Positions 51,106-60,984 are shown, counted from the stretch's first letter. The stretch: 64,000 nt of DNA from an uncultured delta proteobacterium (GCA_963840855.1 CAWJBB010000040.1:160001-224000); one strand, 5' to 3'. Translations and numbers: made by a program. The notes: generated from the sequence alone by a model not told the origin.

Positions 51106-51924
51106 ATGCCGGGATCTTTGGTGGTTGGTTCGGCGGAGCACAAAGAACTGTTTTGTCGTTTCTTTATCGATACGCATATCACATTTGATCCTGCTGCTAT
51201 CGACTGGCCTGATCTCGACGAGGGCAGCCTCAAACTGCTTCACAGCTTGCCCGTATGGGCCGAAGCTATCGAGACCGAGCGTATGGGGACATGCACGGTT
51301 CAGAGCTGGGCGGAACTGCAGACCGACCCTTTAATACGCCAGGCAGTTGCTCTACAAGGGCAAGAAGAAGCGCGGCATGCCGCTATAATCCAAGGTTTGA
51401 CCACACGTTACGGCATAACGTTGCCTACTTTACCTCCGCCAGTACCTCCGGTCGACGCTGAATGGGACTTCCTGCGTTTTGGGTACAGCGAATGTTTCGA
51501 TGCCTTTTTCACTTTTGCGCTGTTCGCTATTGCTCGGGATTCAGGCTTGATCCCGCGGCGCTTGGTCGAGACGTTCGAGCCGGTCATACAGGAGGAGGCG
51601 CGTCACATTCTATTTTTCGTCAACTGGGAAGCCTATCACCAGGCTCGAAGTCCGTTCTGGCAACGGCCGAGGAGCCTGGGGCGTGGAGCACTGGAAAGAG
51701 TTCTACAGGCATACAAGCGCCTGAGGATTGCGCTTGGGGCACGCACGAACAAAGATTTTACCATGAAAGCGCATCAGCAGATCACTACGGAAATTACGGC
51801 GCGCCGTTTTCTCGAACTGTGCCTGGCGGAAAATGCTCTACGGTTAGATCGCTACGACGCACGTTTGATACGTCCCCGCCTGGTACCAGCCATCGCTAAA
51901 GCATTGTGCCGTTTCCTGCCGTAA
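51106..51924 (+). CDS. Ferritin-like diiron domain protein
   Basis: E..E, QEEARH, SEC.D, QEEARH: two ExxH motifs. Confidence 0.82.
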   Translation: MPGSLVVGSAEHKELFCRFFIDTHITFDPAAIDWPDLDEGSLKLLHSLPVWAEAIETERMGTCTVQSWAELQTDPLIRQAVALQGQEEARHAAIIQGLTTRYGITLPTLPPPVPPVDAEWDFLRFGYSECFDAFFTFALFAIARDSGLIPRRLVETFEPVIQEEARHILFFVNWEAYHQARSPFWQRPRSLGRGALERVLQAYKRLRIALGARTNKDFTMKAHQQITTEITARRFLELCLAENALRLDRYDARLIRPRLVPAIAKALCRFLP

Positions 51925-51958
51925 TATTCTCGGTATCGCTTCGCTGGGGGCCGCGATC

Positions 51959-53386
51959 CTAGGGGCTAGCGGGTCGAGGCTCCGGAGTTCCCGTCGCCTC
52001 AAGCACCGCCTGACGCCACTCCCGCTTGAGGGGGAGAACCGGCGGCATCGGCGACACGTCCGGCGCCTCGGTCGGCGCGGCGATCGCCTCCTTGCGGTCG
52101 GTCGCCGAACCCTTCTTCATGAACAGGTTATAGATGGTCCACTGGATCCGGCTTCGCTTTCCCCGAACCGGGAAGCGCCGAACGATGGACGACGGCGCGT
52201 AAAACGTCTCGTAGGCGAATTCTTGACCCAGCCGGAGTTCGTCTCCCGACATCTGCGCCGGTCGATAGACGACGTTTGCCTGGTCGTACTTGGTCCAATC
52301 AAAGGAGACAATCCGATTGGCCTTCTTCATTTCGTACCATGTCAAGGTGCCCGGATATGGAGTGAGGACCGAATAAGCGCAGGCGTCGTAGTTCGCGTCA
52401 ATGCAGAACTTTGCCGTTTCCTCAAATACCGTAGCATCGTCGCCATCGAACCCGAACATGAAAAGTCCGAAAACCATGATTCCATAGGAGTGTACCTTCT
52501 CAACGAGTGAAACAAATGTCTCGGGCCGGTTCACATGCTTGTGCACGCTCGTTAAGGTGGAGCGCGTGATCGACTCGAAACCGATGCTCATCAAGGTGCA
52601 GCCGCTTTCGGCGGCAAGTTCCAGCATTCGATCATCCTGCGCGAGCTTTGAGGTGACCCCAGCTTGCCAGTGAACCCCTCGACCCTTGAGCGCACGCATG
52701 ACTTCCTTCGGACGCTCGGGCGTGCCAAAGAAGTCGGAATCGTTGATCGAGATCATGCGCGAATCGCAATTATCCACTTCGCGCATCACTTCATCGATCG
52801 GACGGTAGCGGAACTTGAGCCCGTTCATCAGCGGCTCGCAGCAGAACGTGCAGCCCTGGTGGCACCCGCGAGACGTTTGCACGAACGTGCGATTGACGTA
52901 GCGGTGCTTTTTGATCAGGTCATACCGCGGCATCGGCAAACCTACCATCGGGTGCAGCTTCTCCGACTTGTAAGTGCCGCGCATCTCGCCGCGCTCGAGA
53001 TCGTCCAAGAGCTTATCGATCACAAGCTCCACTTCCCCAATCACCACCGCGTCGCAATGCTTGAGCGCTTCCTGGGCCATAAAGCTCGGGTGCACACCGC
53101 CCATAACCACAGGTACCCCGCGCGCCCGGAAAGTGTCGGCGATCTCGTAGCCGCGGTTAACGTACGCCGTCATCGCCGAGATGCCGATGAGGTCGGCCTT
53201 CAAGTCGAAATCGATGGATTCGATGTTCTCGTCGGTAAGCACCACCTCATAGCGGTCGCGCGGAATGGCACCTGCCACGGCTATTAAGCCCGCGAGGGGA
53301 GAATAAAGCGCCCGATTCAGGTAGAGTGGGCGTGTGGTCAGCGAATGAGTCTTTGGATTGATGAGATGAATTACCCGGTGACGCAT
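51959..53386 (-). CDS. B12-binding domain radical SAM protein (class B-like)
   Basis: DENIE..D, IGISAMT, VVMGGVHPS, VVIGE.E, SRGCHQGCTFC, IGFES, TPYPGT. Confidence 0.9.
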   Translation of the reverse strand: MRHRVIHLINPKTHSLTTRPLYLNRALYSPLAGLIAVAGAIPRDRYEVVLTDENIESIDFDLKADLIGISAMTAYVNRGYEIADTFRARGVPVVMGGVHPSFMAQEALKHCDAVVIGEVELVIDKLLDDLERGEMRGTYKSEKLHPMVGLPMPRYDLIKKHRYVNRTFVQTSRGCHQGCTFCCEPLMNGLKFRYRPIDEVMREVDNCDSRMISINDSDFFGTPERPKEVMRALKGRGVHWQAGVTSKLAQDDRMLELAAESGCTLMSIGFESITRSTLTSVHKHVNRPETFVSLVEKVHSYGIMVFGLFMFGFDGDDATVFEETAKFCIDANYDACAYSVLTPYPGTLTWYEMKKANRIVSFDWTKYDQANVVYRPAQMSGDELRLGQEFAYETFYAPSSIVRRFPVRGKRSRIQWTIYNLFMKKGSATDRKEAIAAPTEAPDVSPMPPVLPLKREWRQAVLEATGTPEPRPASP

Positions 53387-53633
53387 TTCAGTCGCTCCTC
53401 TCCGCGCTCGCGTCAGCAAATGCCGCCGCGGCGCCCTTGGATACACAAGAATGATAGAAAGTTGTTTTTTTAGAGCTCAACGTGGATCGCTGAAAACGGG
53501 CTGCATCAGCCGCGTGTAATCCAGCTAGCCCGATAGCGAATCCGACAAAGGTGAACCGTCCCTCAATGTCCATTTCGAGGCGTACAGTATTCGATACCGA
53601 TGCATGATGTCAACTTAGCCGTCGCTTCTGGAA

Positions 53634-53675
53634 AGGGCTGGACAACTACGCCCCGATTGCGGTAAGAGGCTTTAA
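53634..53675 (+). promoter_or_regulatory. Conserved ~43-bp motif, copy 3
   Basis: agggctggacaactacgccccgattgcggtaagaggctttaa. Confidence 0.7.
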
Positions 53676-53815
53676 GTTAGCTGGTTGACGGAAGTCTTTT
53701 TTTAATGACTTCCGGCTGGTCAATGAGGCTGATGCTGTCGATTCGCTGGCATTTGGGACAGCTAAACATTTCGACACGGGAAGACTTCGAATAAAAGAAC
53801 TGGTATCAAAGCAGC

Positions 53816-54700
53816 ATGGCTCGCAACGCTTTCGACGTCAAACGATATTTGCTCGAGAATAAGTTGTTCATTGACCGTGCTTTGCCGCATTACCTCGAAA
53901 CAGACCACAACCCGTCTGTCCTTCATCAAGCCGTCTGTTATAGCGTTTTAGATGGCGGCAAAAGATTCCGTCCGATATTGACTCTTGCGGTTGGGGAATT
54001 GTTCGGCGCCAAACGGAGAGTCTTGTTGCCGTTTGCCTGCGCCATTGAGTTGATTCATTGCTATTCACTGATCCATGATGACCTACCGGCATTGGATAAT
54101 GACGATCTGCGGCGAGGAAAACCATCGTGCCACAAACGGTTTGGGGAAGCGTTAGCCCTTTTGGCCGGCGATGCATTGCTCACTGAGGCTTTCTTCATCA
54201 TGTCGGACCCGCGGGCGGCGCGGCTCTTAGGTGCTCCGCTGATTTCAAAGCTGATTCGGGAGATCTCCGACGCCGCCAGCATTAGAGGAATGATTGGCGG
54301 ACAAAGTAGGGAGCTCGAATTGGTCAAGCACAAGGTCACGCCGGCTGTTCTCGAGGGTCTTGATCGTTTGAAGACCGGTGCCTTGATCAAGACAGCGGCC
54401 CGTGTCGGAGCGATGATCGGCGGCGCAACCCGTAAAGATCTCGACCGGGTGACGCGATACGCACAATCTTTGGGCTTAGCGTTCCAGATCACAGATGACA
54501 TTTTGGATGCCCACGAAGTTTCGAGCGACAACTCGAATCATAAAGGGATAGCAAATTACGTATCCGTAGCTGGGCCGGCAACGGCTAGTGAACGTGTTAA
54601 AGCCCTTTTAACGGCGTGCTTGAGAGAAATGGAGCCTTACGGCAGAGCAGCGGAACCCTTGCGAGAAATTGCCCGCTACGTGGCTCAAAGAACAGAGTAG
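53816..54700 (+). CDS. ispA: Polyprenyl diphosphate synthase (FPP synthase-like)
   Basis: GGKRFRP, SLIHDDLPALDNDDLRRGKP, KTGAL, FQITDDILD. Confidence 0.88.
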   Translation: MARNAFDVKRYLLENKLFIDRALPHYLETDHNPSVLHQAVCYSVLDGGKRFRPILTLAVGELFGAKRRVLLPFACAIELIHCYSLIHDDLPALDNDDLRRGKPSCHKRFGEALALLAGDALLTEAFFIMSDPRAARLLGAPLISKLIREISDAASIRGMIGGQSRELELVKHKVTPAVLEGLDRLKTGALIKTAARVGAMIGGATRKDLDRVTRYAQSLGLAFQITDDILDAHEVSSDNSNHKGIANYVSVAGPATASERVKALLTACLREMEPYGRAAEPLREIARYVAQRTE

Positions 54701-54875
54701 CCTAGTGGAGCCCGGTAAATCCCGGTTAAGGGAATTGGCAGGCAAAATGAGGATAAAAGAGCTGGACATGTGTTCCGGATCGACGTAATGAAGAGTGTGG
54801 CCGAACGGATAAACGGCACTCAAGAGATCCAACATAAAGTTGCCAGACGTAGCCCCATGAAAAGGAGGATGAAGC

Positions 54876-56018
54876 ATGCTGCCTTTTAGAAACGAAAGCG
54901 CCATGTCTAAACTCACCTCGCCTCCTAGCTCAGATCTGGCACCGCGGAAATTATGGCTCAGCGTTGATGATTTTCAATCGGAGATGTTAGAGGCGGTCTC
55001 CCGCACATTTGCCCTAACCATTCCGCAGCTTCCGGCAGCGCTTTGTCGTGTCGTCTCCAACGCCTATCTCCTTTGTCGCATTGTCGACACTATCGAGGAC
55101 GAGCCGGCTCTAACTGGCGCGCGAAAAAACTATTTTTGCGAGCAGTTTTTGAGAACCTTAAACGTTCCGAGAAACGCCGAAACGTTTTCCCGCCAACTAT
55201 GCGCGTCGCTCTCGAGCCAAACACCGCCCGCTGAACACGAGCTGATCCGCAATGTGTCTCGTGTGGTTCGAATCACCCGCAGCTTCTCCGAGCCACAGCG
55301 TGAAGCGCTGCAGCGGTGTGTCAGCGCCATGGCTAAGGGTATGGGACAATTCCAGCTGCGCGGCGAGAAGCAGGGACTGCAAAGCTTGGAGGACCTTGAT
55401 CAATACTGCTACTATGTCGCAGGCGTTGTGGGGCAAATGCTGACTAATCTGTTTTGTCTGCACTCGCCGGAAATCGCGCAAAATCGCAAGGCTCTGATGG
55501 CTTTGGCGGTTTCCTTCGGCCAGGGGCTGCAGATGACGAACATCCTTAAAGATGTGTGGGAAGATTATCAGCGTGGCGCCTGTTGGTTGCCCCGGAAGAT
55601 CTTTGCTGAAGAAGGCTTCGATCTCAACGACTTAACCACAGGGCGAAATCGACAAGGGTTCGACCGCGGAGTTCGGCGCCTTATTGGCATCGCGCATGGA
55701 CACCTGAAAAACGCCCTATCTTATTCCTTACTTATCCCCAAGGAGGAGACTGGGATTCGCAACTTCTGTCTTTGGGCAATCGGGCTGGCCCTGTTAACGC
55801 TCCGCAAGATCAACAAGCATCTTTACTACACGGACGGAAGTCAGGTTAAGATATCGCGGTCGAGCGTTAAGGGGACTATCCTGGCTACACGGCTAACGGT
55901 ACAAAACGATCGTCTGCTAAAGCTTCTCTTCTCTATCGCTGCGCGCGGATTGCCTTCAGCATTCGCCAACGGGTCTCCGGTGGGAACAAGCGAAAGTAAA
56001 GCAGATATGGCACCGTGA
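54876..56018 (+). CDS. sqs: Squalene synthase (single-enzyme farnesyl-diphosphate farnesyltransferase type)
   Basis: VSRTFAL, YLLCRIVDTIEDE, YCYYVAGVVG, GLQMTNILKD..ED; directly upstream of shc. Confidence 0.85.
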   Translation: MLPFRNESAMSKLTSPPSSDLAPRKLWLSVDDFQSEMLEAVSRTFALTIPQLPAALCRVVSNAYLLCRIVDTIEDEPALTGARKNYFCEQFLRTLNVPRNAETFSRQLCASLSSQTPPAEHELIRNVSRVVRITRSFSEPQREALQRCVSAMAKGMGQFQLRGEKQGLQSLEDLDQYCYYVAGVVGQMLTNLFCLHSPEIAQNRKALMALAVSFGQGLQMTNILKDVWEDYQRGACWLPRKIFAEEGFDLNDLTTGRNRQGFDRGVRRLIGIAHGHLKNALSYSLLIPKEETGIRNFCLWAIGLALLTLRKINKHLYYTDGSQVKISRSSVKGTILATRLTVQNDRLLKLLFSIAARGLPSAFANGSPVGTSESKADMAP

Positions 56019-56043
56019 AAAAACCGGACGATTTTTCCCTTGT

Positions 56044-58002
56044 ATGCGGGACGGCGCCACCGAAACCGATCACCAGCACAACCGAGAAAGTAAGATAAGT
56101 CCTACAGACGAGCTGCCGTTGTCTCAACTGGAGCGCGCCATTCAACGTGCCACGAAAGCGCTGCTCGGCCTGCAACACCCAGACGGGTATTGGTGTTTCG
56201 AGCTAGAGGCCGATTGTACCATTCCAGCCGAATATGTCTTGATGATGCACTATCAGGGCGAGGTCGACGAGCCACTGGAGAGAAAACTTGCCACCTACCT
56301 ACGCGCACGCCAAGGGGAGGACGGCGGTTGGCCTCTTTATTACGGCGGTCCCGCTGAGATTAGTTGCTCGGTCAAAGCCTACTACGCGTTGAAGCTCGCC
56401 GGTGATCCCCCCGAGGCACCCCATATGGCCAAAGCTAAGCAGACCATCCTGCGCCTGGGCGGGGCCTCCCGGGCCAATGTGTTTACTCGAATCACGCTTG
56501 CAATTTTTGGCCAGCTACCTTGGCGTGCCGTACCGTTTTTGCCGGTGGAATGCCTGTTACTGCCCCATTGGTTTCCTTTTCACATCTCCAAGGTCTCTTA
56601 TTGGTCACGAACCGTCATGGTGCCGCTCTTCGTCCTCTACACATCTAAGGCGCATGCTCGAAATCCCAGGCAGGTCTCGATCAAGGAACTCTTCATCACG
56701 GACCCCTGGCAAGAAACGAACTATTTTCCAGTTCATTCAGCCCTGAATCGCGCCCTCCTCATGCTGGATCGGCTGGGACTAAAATTCTATCCGTGGAGTC
56801 CGCAAGGTCTGCGCCGCCGCGCCATAAAAAAGGCCGAAGCTTGGATACTCGAGCGGCTCAACGGCGAAGGTGGTTTGGGCGCCATCTTTCCGGCCATGGT
56901 CAATGCTTATGAAGCGCTGGATTTGCTCGGCTATCCCGCTAACCATCCGCTGCGCGTAATCGAACGATCGGCAATCCAGGATCTCCTGGTGATCAACGAG
57001 CACAGCGCATATTGTCAGCCTTGTGTATCACCTGTGTGGGATACCGCATGGGCCTGTATCGCACTCCAGCAGATCGGTGACGAGCAAAGCCAAACGGCGA
57101 TCAAGAGAGCCTTTCATTGGCTGAATCGAAGACAACTACTGGAAGAGCCCCAGGACTGGAGCTTCAATAGGCCCAAAGTCCGGGGCGGTGGTTGGGCCTT
57201 TCAGTTCAAAAATTCTCACTATCCCGATCTGGACGACACGGCAGCGGTCGCTTATGCGATGCACAAGAGCGGCGACAAAACTTTTGACAAAACGGTGCAA
57301 CGAGCAGCCGAATGGATTTGTGGAATGCAGTCGAGAAACGGGGGCTTCGCCTCATTTGATGCCGACAACGATCACACCTATTTAAACGAAATCCCTTTCG
57401 CCGATCACGGCGCTCTGCTCGACCCGCCCACCGAGGACGTGAGCGGACGTTGTGTGATGTTGCTTACGCAAATGGTGACTTCACCGCAATGCAAGGCCGT
57501 TGAAAAAAAGTGCCTGGACTACCTCTTCCGTTCTCAAGAGCCGGACGGTCCATGGTACGGCAGGTGGGGGACAAATTACATCTATGGCACTTGGTCTGTC
57601 CTTATGGGGTTGGAAGAGGCAGGCATAGGGAAAGAACACGACGCGGTGCGACGTGGCGCTGCTTGGCTCAAGAATGTCCAGCGTGCCGATGGTGGCTGGG
57701 GCGAAGGATGCGACACTTATTTTGAGCCGTCCAAACGGGGCCAGGGAGAGCGCAGCACCTCTTTTCATACCGCATGGGCTTTGCTGGGCTTGATGAGCAG
57801 CGGCGAGGTCGATTCGCATTCAGTTCGTCGCGGCATCGACTTCCTCCTGCGCACACAGCAGCCGAATGGTTTTTGGAGCGATCCCGAGTTCAATGCCCCC
57901 GGTTTTCCGCGCGTCTTTTATTTAAAGTATCACGGTTATGACAAATACTTTCCCTTGCTGGCGTTGGCACGCTATCGGAACTTGATGGCGGCGGAACATT
58001 AA
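56044..58002 (+). CDS. shc: Squalene-hopene cyclase
   Basis: ELEADCTIPAEY, YPDLDDTA (DxDD), QW repeats, GRWG.NYIYGT, GFPRVFYLKYHGY. Confidence 0.97.
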   Translation: MRDGATETDHQHNRESKISPTDELPLSQLERAIQRATKALLGLQHPDGYWCFELEADCTIPAEYVLMMHYQGEVDEPLERKLATYLRARQGEDGGWPLYYGGPAEISCSVKAYYALKLAGDPPEAPHMAKAKQTILRLGGASRANVFTRITLAIFGQLPWRAVPFLPVECLLLPHWFPFHISKVSYWSRTVMVPLFVLYTSKAHARNPRQVSIKELFITDPWQETNYFPVHSALNRALLMLDRLGLKFYPWSPQGLRRRAIKKAEAWILERLNGEGGLGAIFPAMVNAYEALDLLGYPANHPLRVIERSAIQDLLVINEHSAYCQPCVSPVWDTAWACIALQQIGDEQSQTAIKRAFHWLNRRQLLEEPQDWSFNRPKVRGGGWAFQFKNSHYPDLDDTAAVAYAMHKSGDKTFDKTVQRAAEWICGMQSRNGGFASFDADNDHTYLNEIPFADHGALLDPPTEDVSGRCVMLLTQMVTSPQCKAVEKKCLDYLFRSQEPDGPWYGRWGTNYIYGTWSVLMGLEEAGIGKEHDAVRRGAAWLKNVQRADGGWGEGCDTYFEPSKRGQGERSTSFHTAWALLGLMSSGEVDSHSVRRGIDFLLRTQQPNGFWSDPEFNAPGFPRVFYLKYHGYDKYFPLLALARYRNLMAAEH

Positions 58003-58703
58003 TGCTGGGAATCGTTGTTTCTCTGCCTCGAGAATTAAAAGGTCTAACTCGTCAAACCATTTCAGTGGGTGCGTGGAAGGCGATCACGGATAACACATTG
58101 GTTGCCCTCTCGGGGATGGGAGCAGAGCGCGCATACAGAGCGGGGGCGGTTTTGGTTTCGCAGGGAGCAAAAGCTCTACTGAGCTGGGGTTGTGCGGCGG
58201 GGCTGGACGACCGCATCAGCCCGGGATGCCTCATCATTCCCGAGCGCATTATCGGCGCAAGCGGTGAAATTCATAAGGTCAACACGGAATGGCATCAACG
58301 TCTGTATAAAACCTTAGAGCGCAAGCACTCAGTTCACACGGAGGCCCTGGTCGAAAGCGATGCCATTATGAAAACTGCAGTGGAAAAACGGGCGCTGGCC
58401 AAACGGACGCAAGCGGCAGCGACGGACATGGAAAGCGCAGCACAAGCGCGGCTCGCCCAAGAGCACGGACTTCCCTTTCTGGCGATCCGCGCCATTGTCG
58501 ACACGGTCTCAACCGATATTCCAGAAAACGTCCTAAAGGCGCTGGATCCGCAAGGCAATATCCGCGTCTGGAAACTTCTCGCCAGCAGCTATCTCGCGCC
58601 AGCGGATTGGATGAAGATCGTACAACTCGGCATCCAGTTTAGCGCGGCTCGAAGAACCCTCAAGAAGACGAGAAAGCTTGTACTGGATGCATCACAGTTC
58701 TGA
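58002..58703 (+). CDS. hpnG: Hopanoid-associated nucleosidase/phosphorylase
   Basis: LSWGCAAGLD, TDMESAA, IRAIVD; translationally coupled to shc. Confidence 0.88.
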   Translation: MLGIVVSLPRELKGLTRQTISVGAWKAITDNTLVALSGMGAERAYRAGAVLVSQGAKALLSWGCAAGLDDRISPGCLIIPERIIGASGEIHKVNTEWHQRLYKTLERKHSVHTEALVESDAIMKTAVEKRALAKRTQAAATDMESAAQARLAQEHGLPFLAIRAIVDTVSTDIPENVLKALDPQGNIRVWKLLASSYLAPADWMKIVQLGIQFSAARRTLKKTRKLVLDASQF

Positions 58704-59867
58704 CCTACTCTGCTTGCTTTTAGAAAATTTGATCGAACTATCTTGGCGTTGATAGATTCTTCCCTTCCAACGGGTGCGTTCGCCCCGCCAGTAGCGGATG
58801 GCGGATGTCCAAGTCATGGCGAGAAACAGCGCAGCAATCAGAGGCAGGCTGAGCGCCCATGTCAACGATCGATGATAAAATCGGAGTATGGGTACGTAAG
58901 TCAGGAACATGATAACGAACGAACCTACCGAGAGAGAGCGGATTAGATTGTTTGAGGAGACAACCGCGATGACAGGAACCTGATACACCAGGAGCATCAC
59001 CAAAGTGCATAGCACCAGCAACCCCACTGAGTGGTGGAGCTGGGCAAACGCCGTGCGCGCTACCATGTCCCATATTTCTTGCAGCCGTTGAGGGCTGCGG
59101 CCGCTCTTCACGGAATGCGTCAATCCCAACCAAATTCCAAACCCCTGCGACTTGACTCGCCGAGCTAATGTACAATCGTCGATGACGGCCGACTTGATGG
59201 ACTCAAACCCACTGATGTGACTCAGCAGACGGCTCTCCACAAGGATACATCCACCCGCAGCCGCCGCTACACTCGCATGACGTGAGTTCACCCGTTGGAA
59301 CGGATAGAGGACCTTGAAGAAGTAAACAAAGGCAGGCATCAGCAGTTTCTCCCAGCCACCTGACATCGACGGCACGGCCATGAGCGAGACGAAAGGAACG
59401 CCTTGCTGATCCATCTTTTCTCTAAGAGCCTTGACCATACCTCGGGCCAGCCGGATGTCTGCGTCTAGCAGTAACGTATACGGAGTCGTGACACGTTGTC
59501 GGCCTTGTTCGAGGGCCCAAAGCTTGCCGCTCCAGCCGGCCGGAAGCGGCGAGCTCTGGATAATGCGAAGATTTGAAATCCGCATTTGACGGGCCTTCTC
59601 AACGGTCACATCCTCAGAATTGTCATCGATTAAGACAATCCTTAAGCCCGGCCCCTGCTCGACGATCGAACGCAGGGTTTGCTGAATAACTTCGGCTTCA
59701 TTGCGAGCCGGGATCACTACCGTAATTTCTCTAAGAACCTCCTCGCCGTCGCCTGTGTCCATCACATCAAGGACTTCTCGATTAGACCAAGGCCGCCAGG
59801 GCATTAAAGCGAAGACCACCCACGACAGAGTCGAGAGCGCAACGAGAAACACGTAAATTGATTCCAT
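58692..59867 (-). CDS. hpnB: Family 2 glycosyltransferase, HpnB-like
   Basis: IPARNEA, DDNSED, PAGWSGKLWA, LLDADI, AAAGGC, IDDCTLA, W.MVARTA, WKGR. Confidence 0.78.
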   Translation of the reverse strand: MESIYVFLVALSTLSWVVFALMPWRPWSNREVLDVMDTGDGEEVLREITVVIPARNEAEVIQQTLRSIVEQGPGLRIVLIDDNSEDVTVEKARQMRISNLRIIQSSPLPAGWSGKLWALEQGRQRVTTPYTLLLDADIRLARGMVKALREKMDQQGVPFVSLMAVPSMSGGWEKLLMPAFVYFFKVLYPFQRVNSRHASVAAAAGGCILVESRLLSHISGFESIKSAVIDDCTLARRVKSQGFGIWLGLTHSVKSGRSPQRLQEIWDMVARTAFAQLHHSVGLLVLCTLVMLLVYQVPVIAVVSSNNLIRSLSVGSFVIMFLTYVPILRFYHRSLTWALSLPLIAALFLAMTWTSAIRYWRGERTRWKGRIYQRQDSSIKFSKSKQSRSEL

Positions 59868-59964
59868 TGAAAGCTAGGGCTAGAAGACGTTTCTAACTTT
59901 GGTGAAAATTTAATATAGAGAAGAATATCGAACTCAAGAGCGGAAGCCAAAGGAACAGAAAGCG

Positions 59965-60984
59965 ATGACGACTTTAGTGACCGGGGCGACGGGTTTTGTG
60001 GGCGCGGCCGTGCTGCGTTGTCTCGCAGAAGCCGGTCACAATGTCCGGGCGTTGGTCCGTCCAACCAGCGACCGTCTCAATTTATCCGGTGTTGACTGTC
60101 AGATTGTCACCGGTGATCTTACCGAGCCAGAGTCGCTGAAGCGTGCCGTGCGAAATTGCGAGGCAGTGTTTCACGTTGCCGCAGACTATCGTATCTGGGT
60201 TCCTGATCGAGAGAAAATGAATCGGGTCAATGTCCAAGGCACCATTGACTTGATCTTGGCTGCGGCGGCAGCGGGTGTGTCGCGCATCGTCTACACATCG
60301 AGCGTCGCAACCCTCCGCTTAAGAGATGATGGTTTGCCGGCCGATGAAGAATCACAGGCTGAGCTGTCCGACATGATCGGAGCTTACAAGCAGTCGAAGT
60401 TTCTAGCCGAACGAGAGGTAAAACGCTTGGTGGCCGATGCGGGGATCCCCGTGATCATTGTCCAGCCCACGGCACCTTTCGGGCCCGGTGATGTCAAGCC
60501 GACCCCGACTGGACGATTCGTTGTCGAAGCTGGCGCAGGCCGGATGCCGGCCTATGTGAATACCGGGCTCAATGTGGTCCACGTGGACGATGTAGCGGAT
60601 GGTCACTTACTGGCCTACGAAAAAGGGGCCATCGGTGAAAGCTATATTCTTGGCGGCGAAAATAGGACCCTCCAATGGATTCTGGAAACGGTGGCCGAAC
60701 TTACCGGGCAACGGCCGCCGCGAATTCGTCTGCCGCATTGGTTCCTCACACCCATAGCCTACGTTTGGGAAGGGGTGACGCGCATTAGAGGCTCCGGCGA
60801 ACCGATGATGACAGTAGACAGTGTTCGAATGTCCCGCAAGCTCATGTACTTCTCCACCGAGAAAGCGCGGCGCGAGCTCGGCTACTCTCCACGGCCTGCC
60901 GTCGAGGCTCTGCGCGACGAGATCGAATGGTTCTACAAACACGGCTACCTTGCGAGGAATAGGGTCAAAAAATATCCCGCTTGA
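59965..60984 (+). CDS. hpnA: Hopanoid-associated NAD-dependent epimerase/dehydratase
   Basis: TGATGFVG, HVAADYR.W, YTSSVA, YKQSK, DVKPTPTG, MPAYV.TGLN. Confidence 0.9.
   Translation: MTTLVTGATGFVGAAVLRCLAEAGHNVRALVRPTSDRLNLSGVDCQIVTGDLTEPESLKRAVRNCEAVFHVAADYRIWVPDREKMNRVNVQGTIDLILAAAAAGVSRIVYTSSVATLRLRDDGLPADEESQAELSDMIGAYKQSKFLAEREVKRLVADAGIPVIIVQPTAPFGPGDVKPTPTGRFVVEAGAGRMPAYVNTGLNVVHVDDVADGHLLAYEKGAIGESYILGGENRTLQWILETVAELTGQRPPRIRLPHWFLTPIAYVWEGVTRIRGSGEPMMTVDSVRMSRKLMYFSTEKARRELGYSPRPAVEALRDEIEWFYKHGYLARNRVKKYPA

Noticed and set aside
51959-53386. Calling the radical SAM gene hpnP, hpnR or hpnJ
   Set aside because: I could not match it to the signatures of those proteins, so no symbol was assigned.
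44617-53675. The 43-bp motif as integron attC sites
   Set aside because: No RYYYAAC...GTTRRRY ends, no integrase, and the flanked genes are in mixed orientation.
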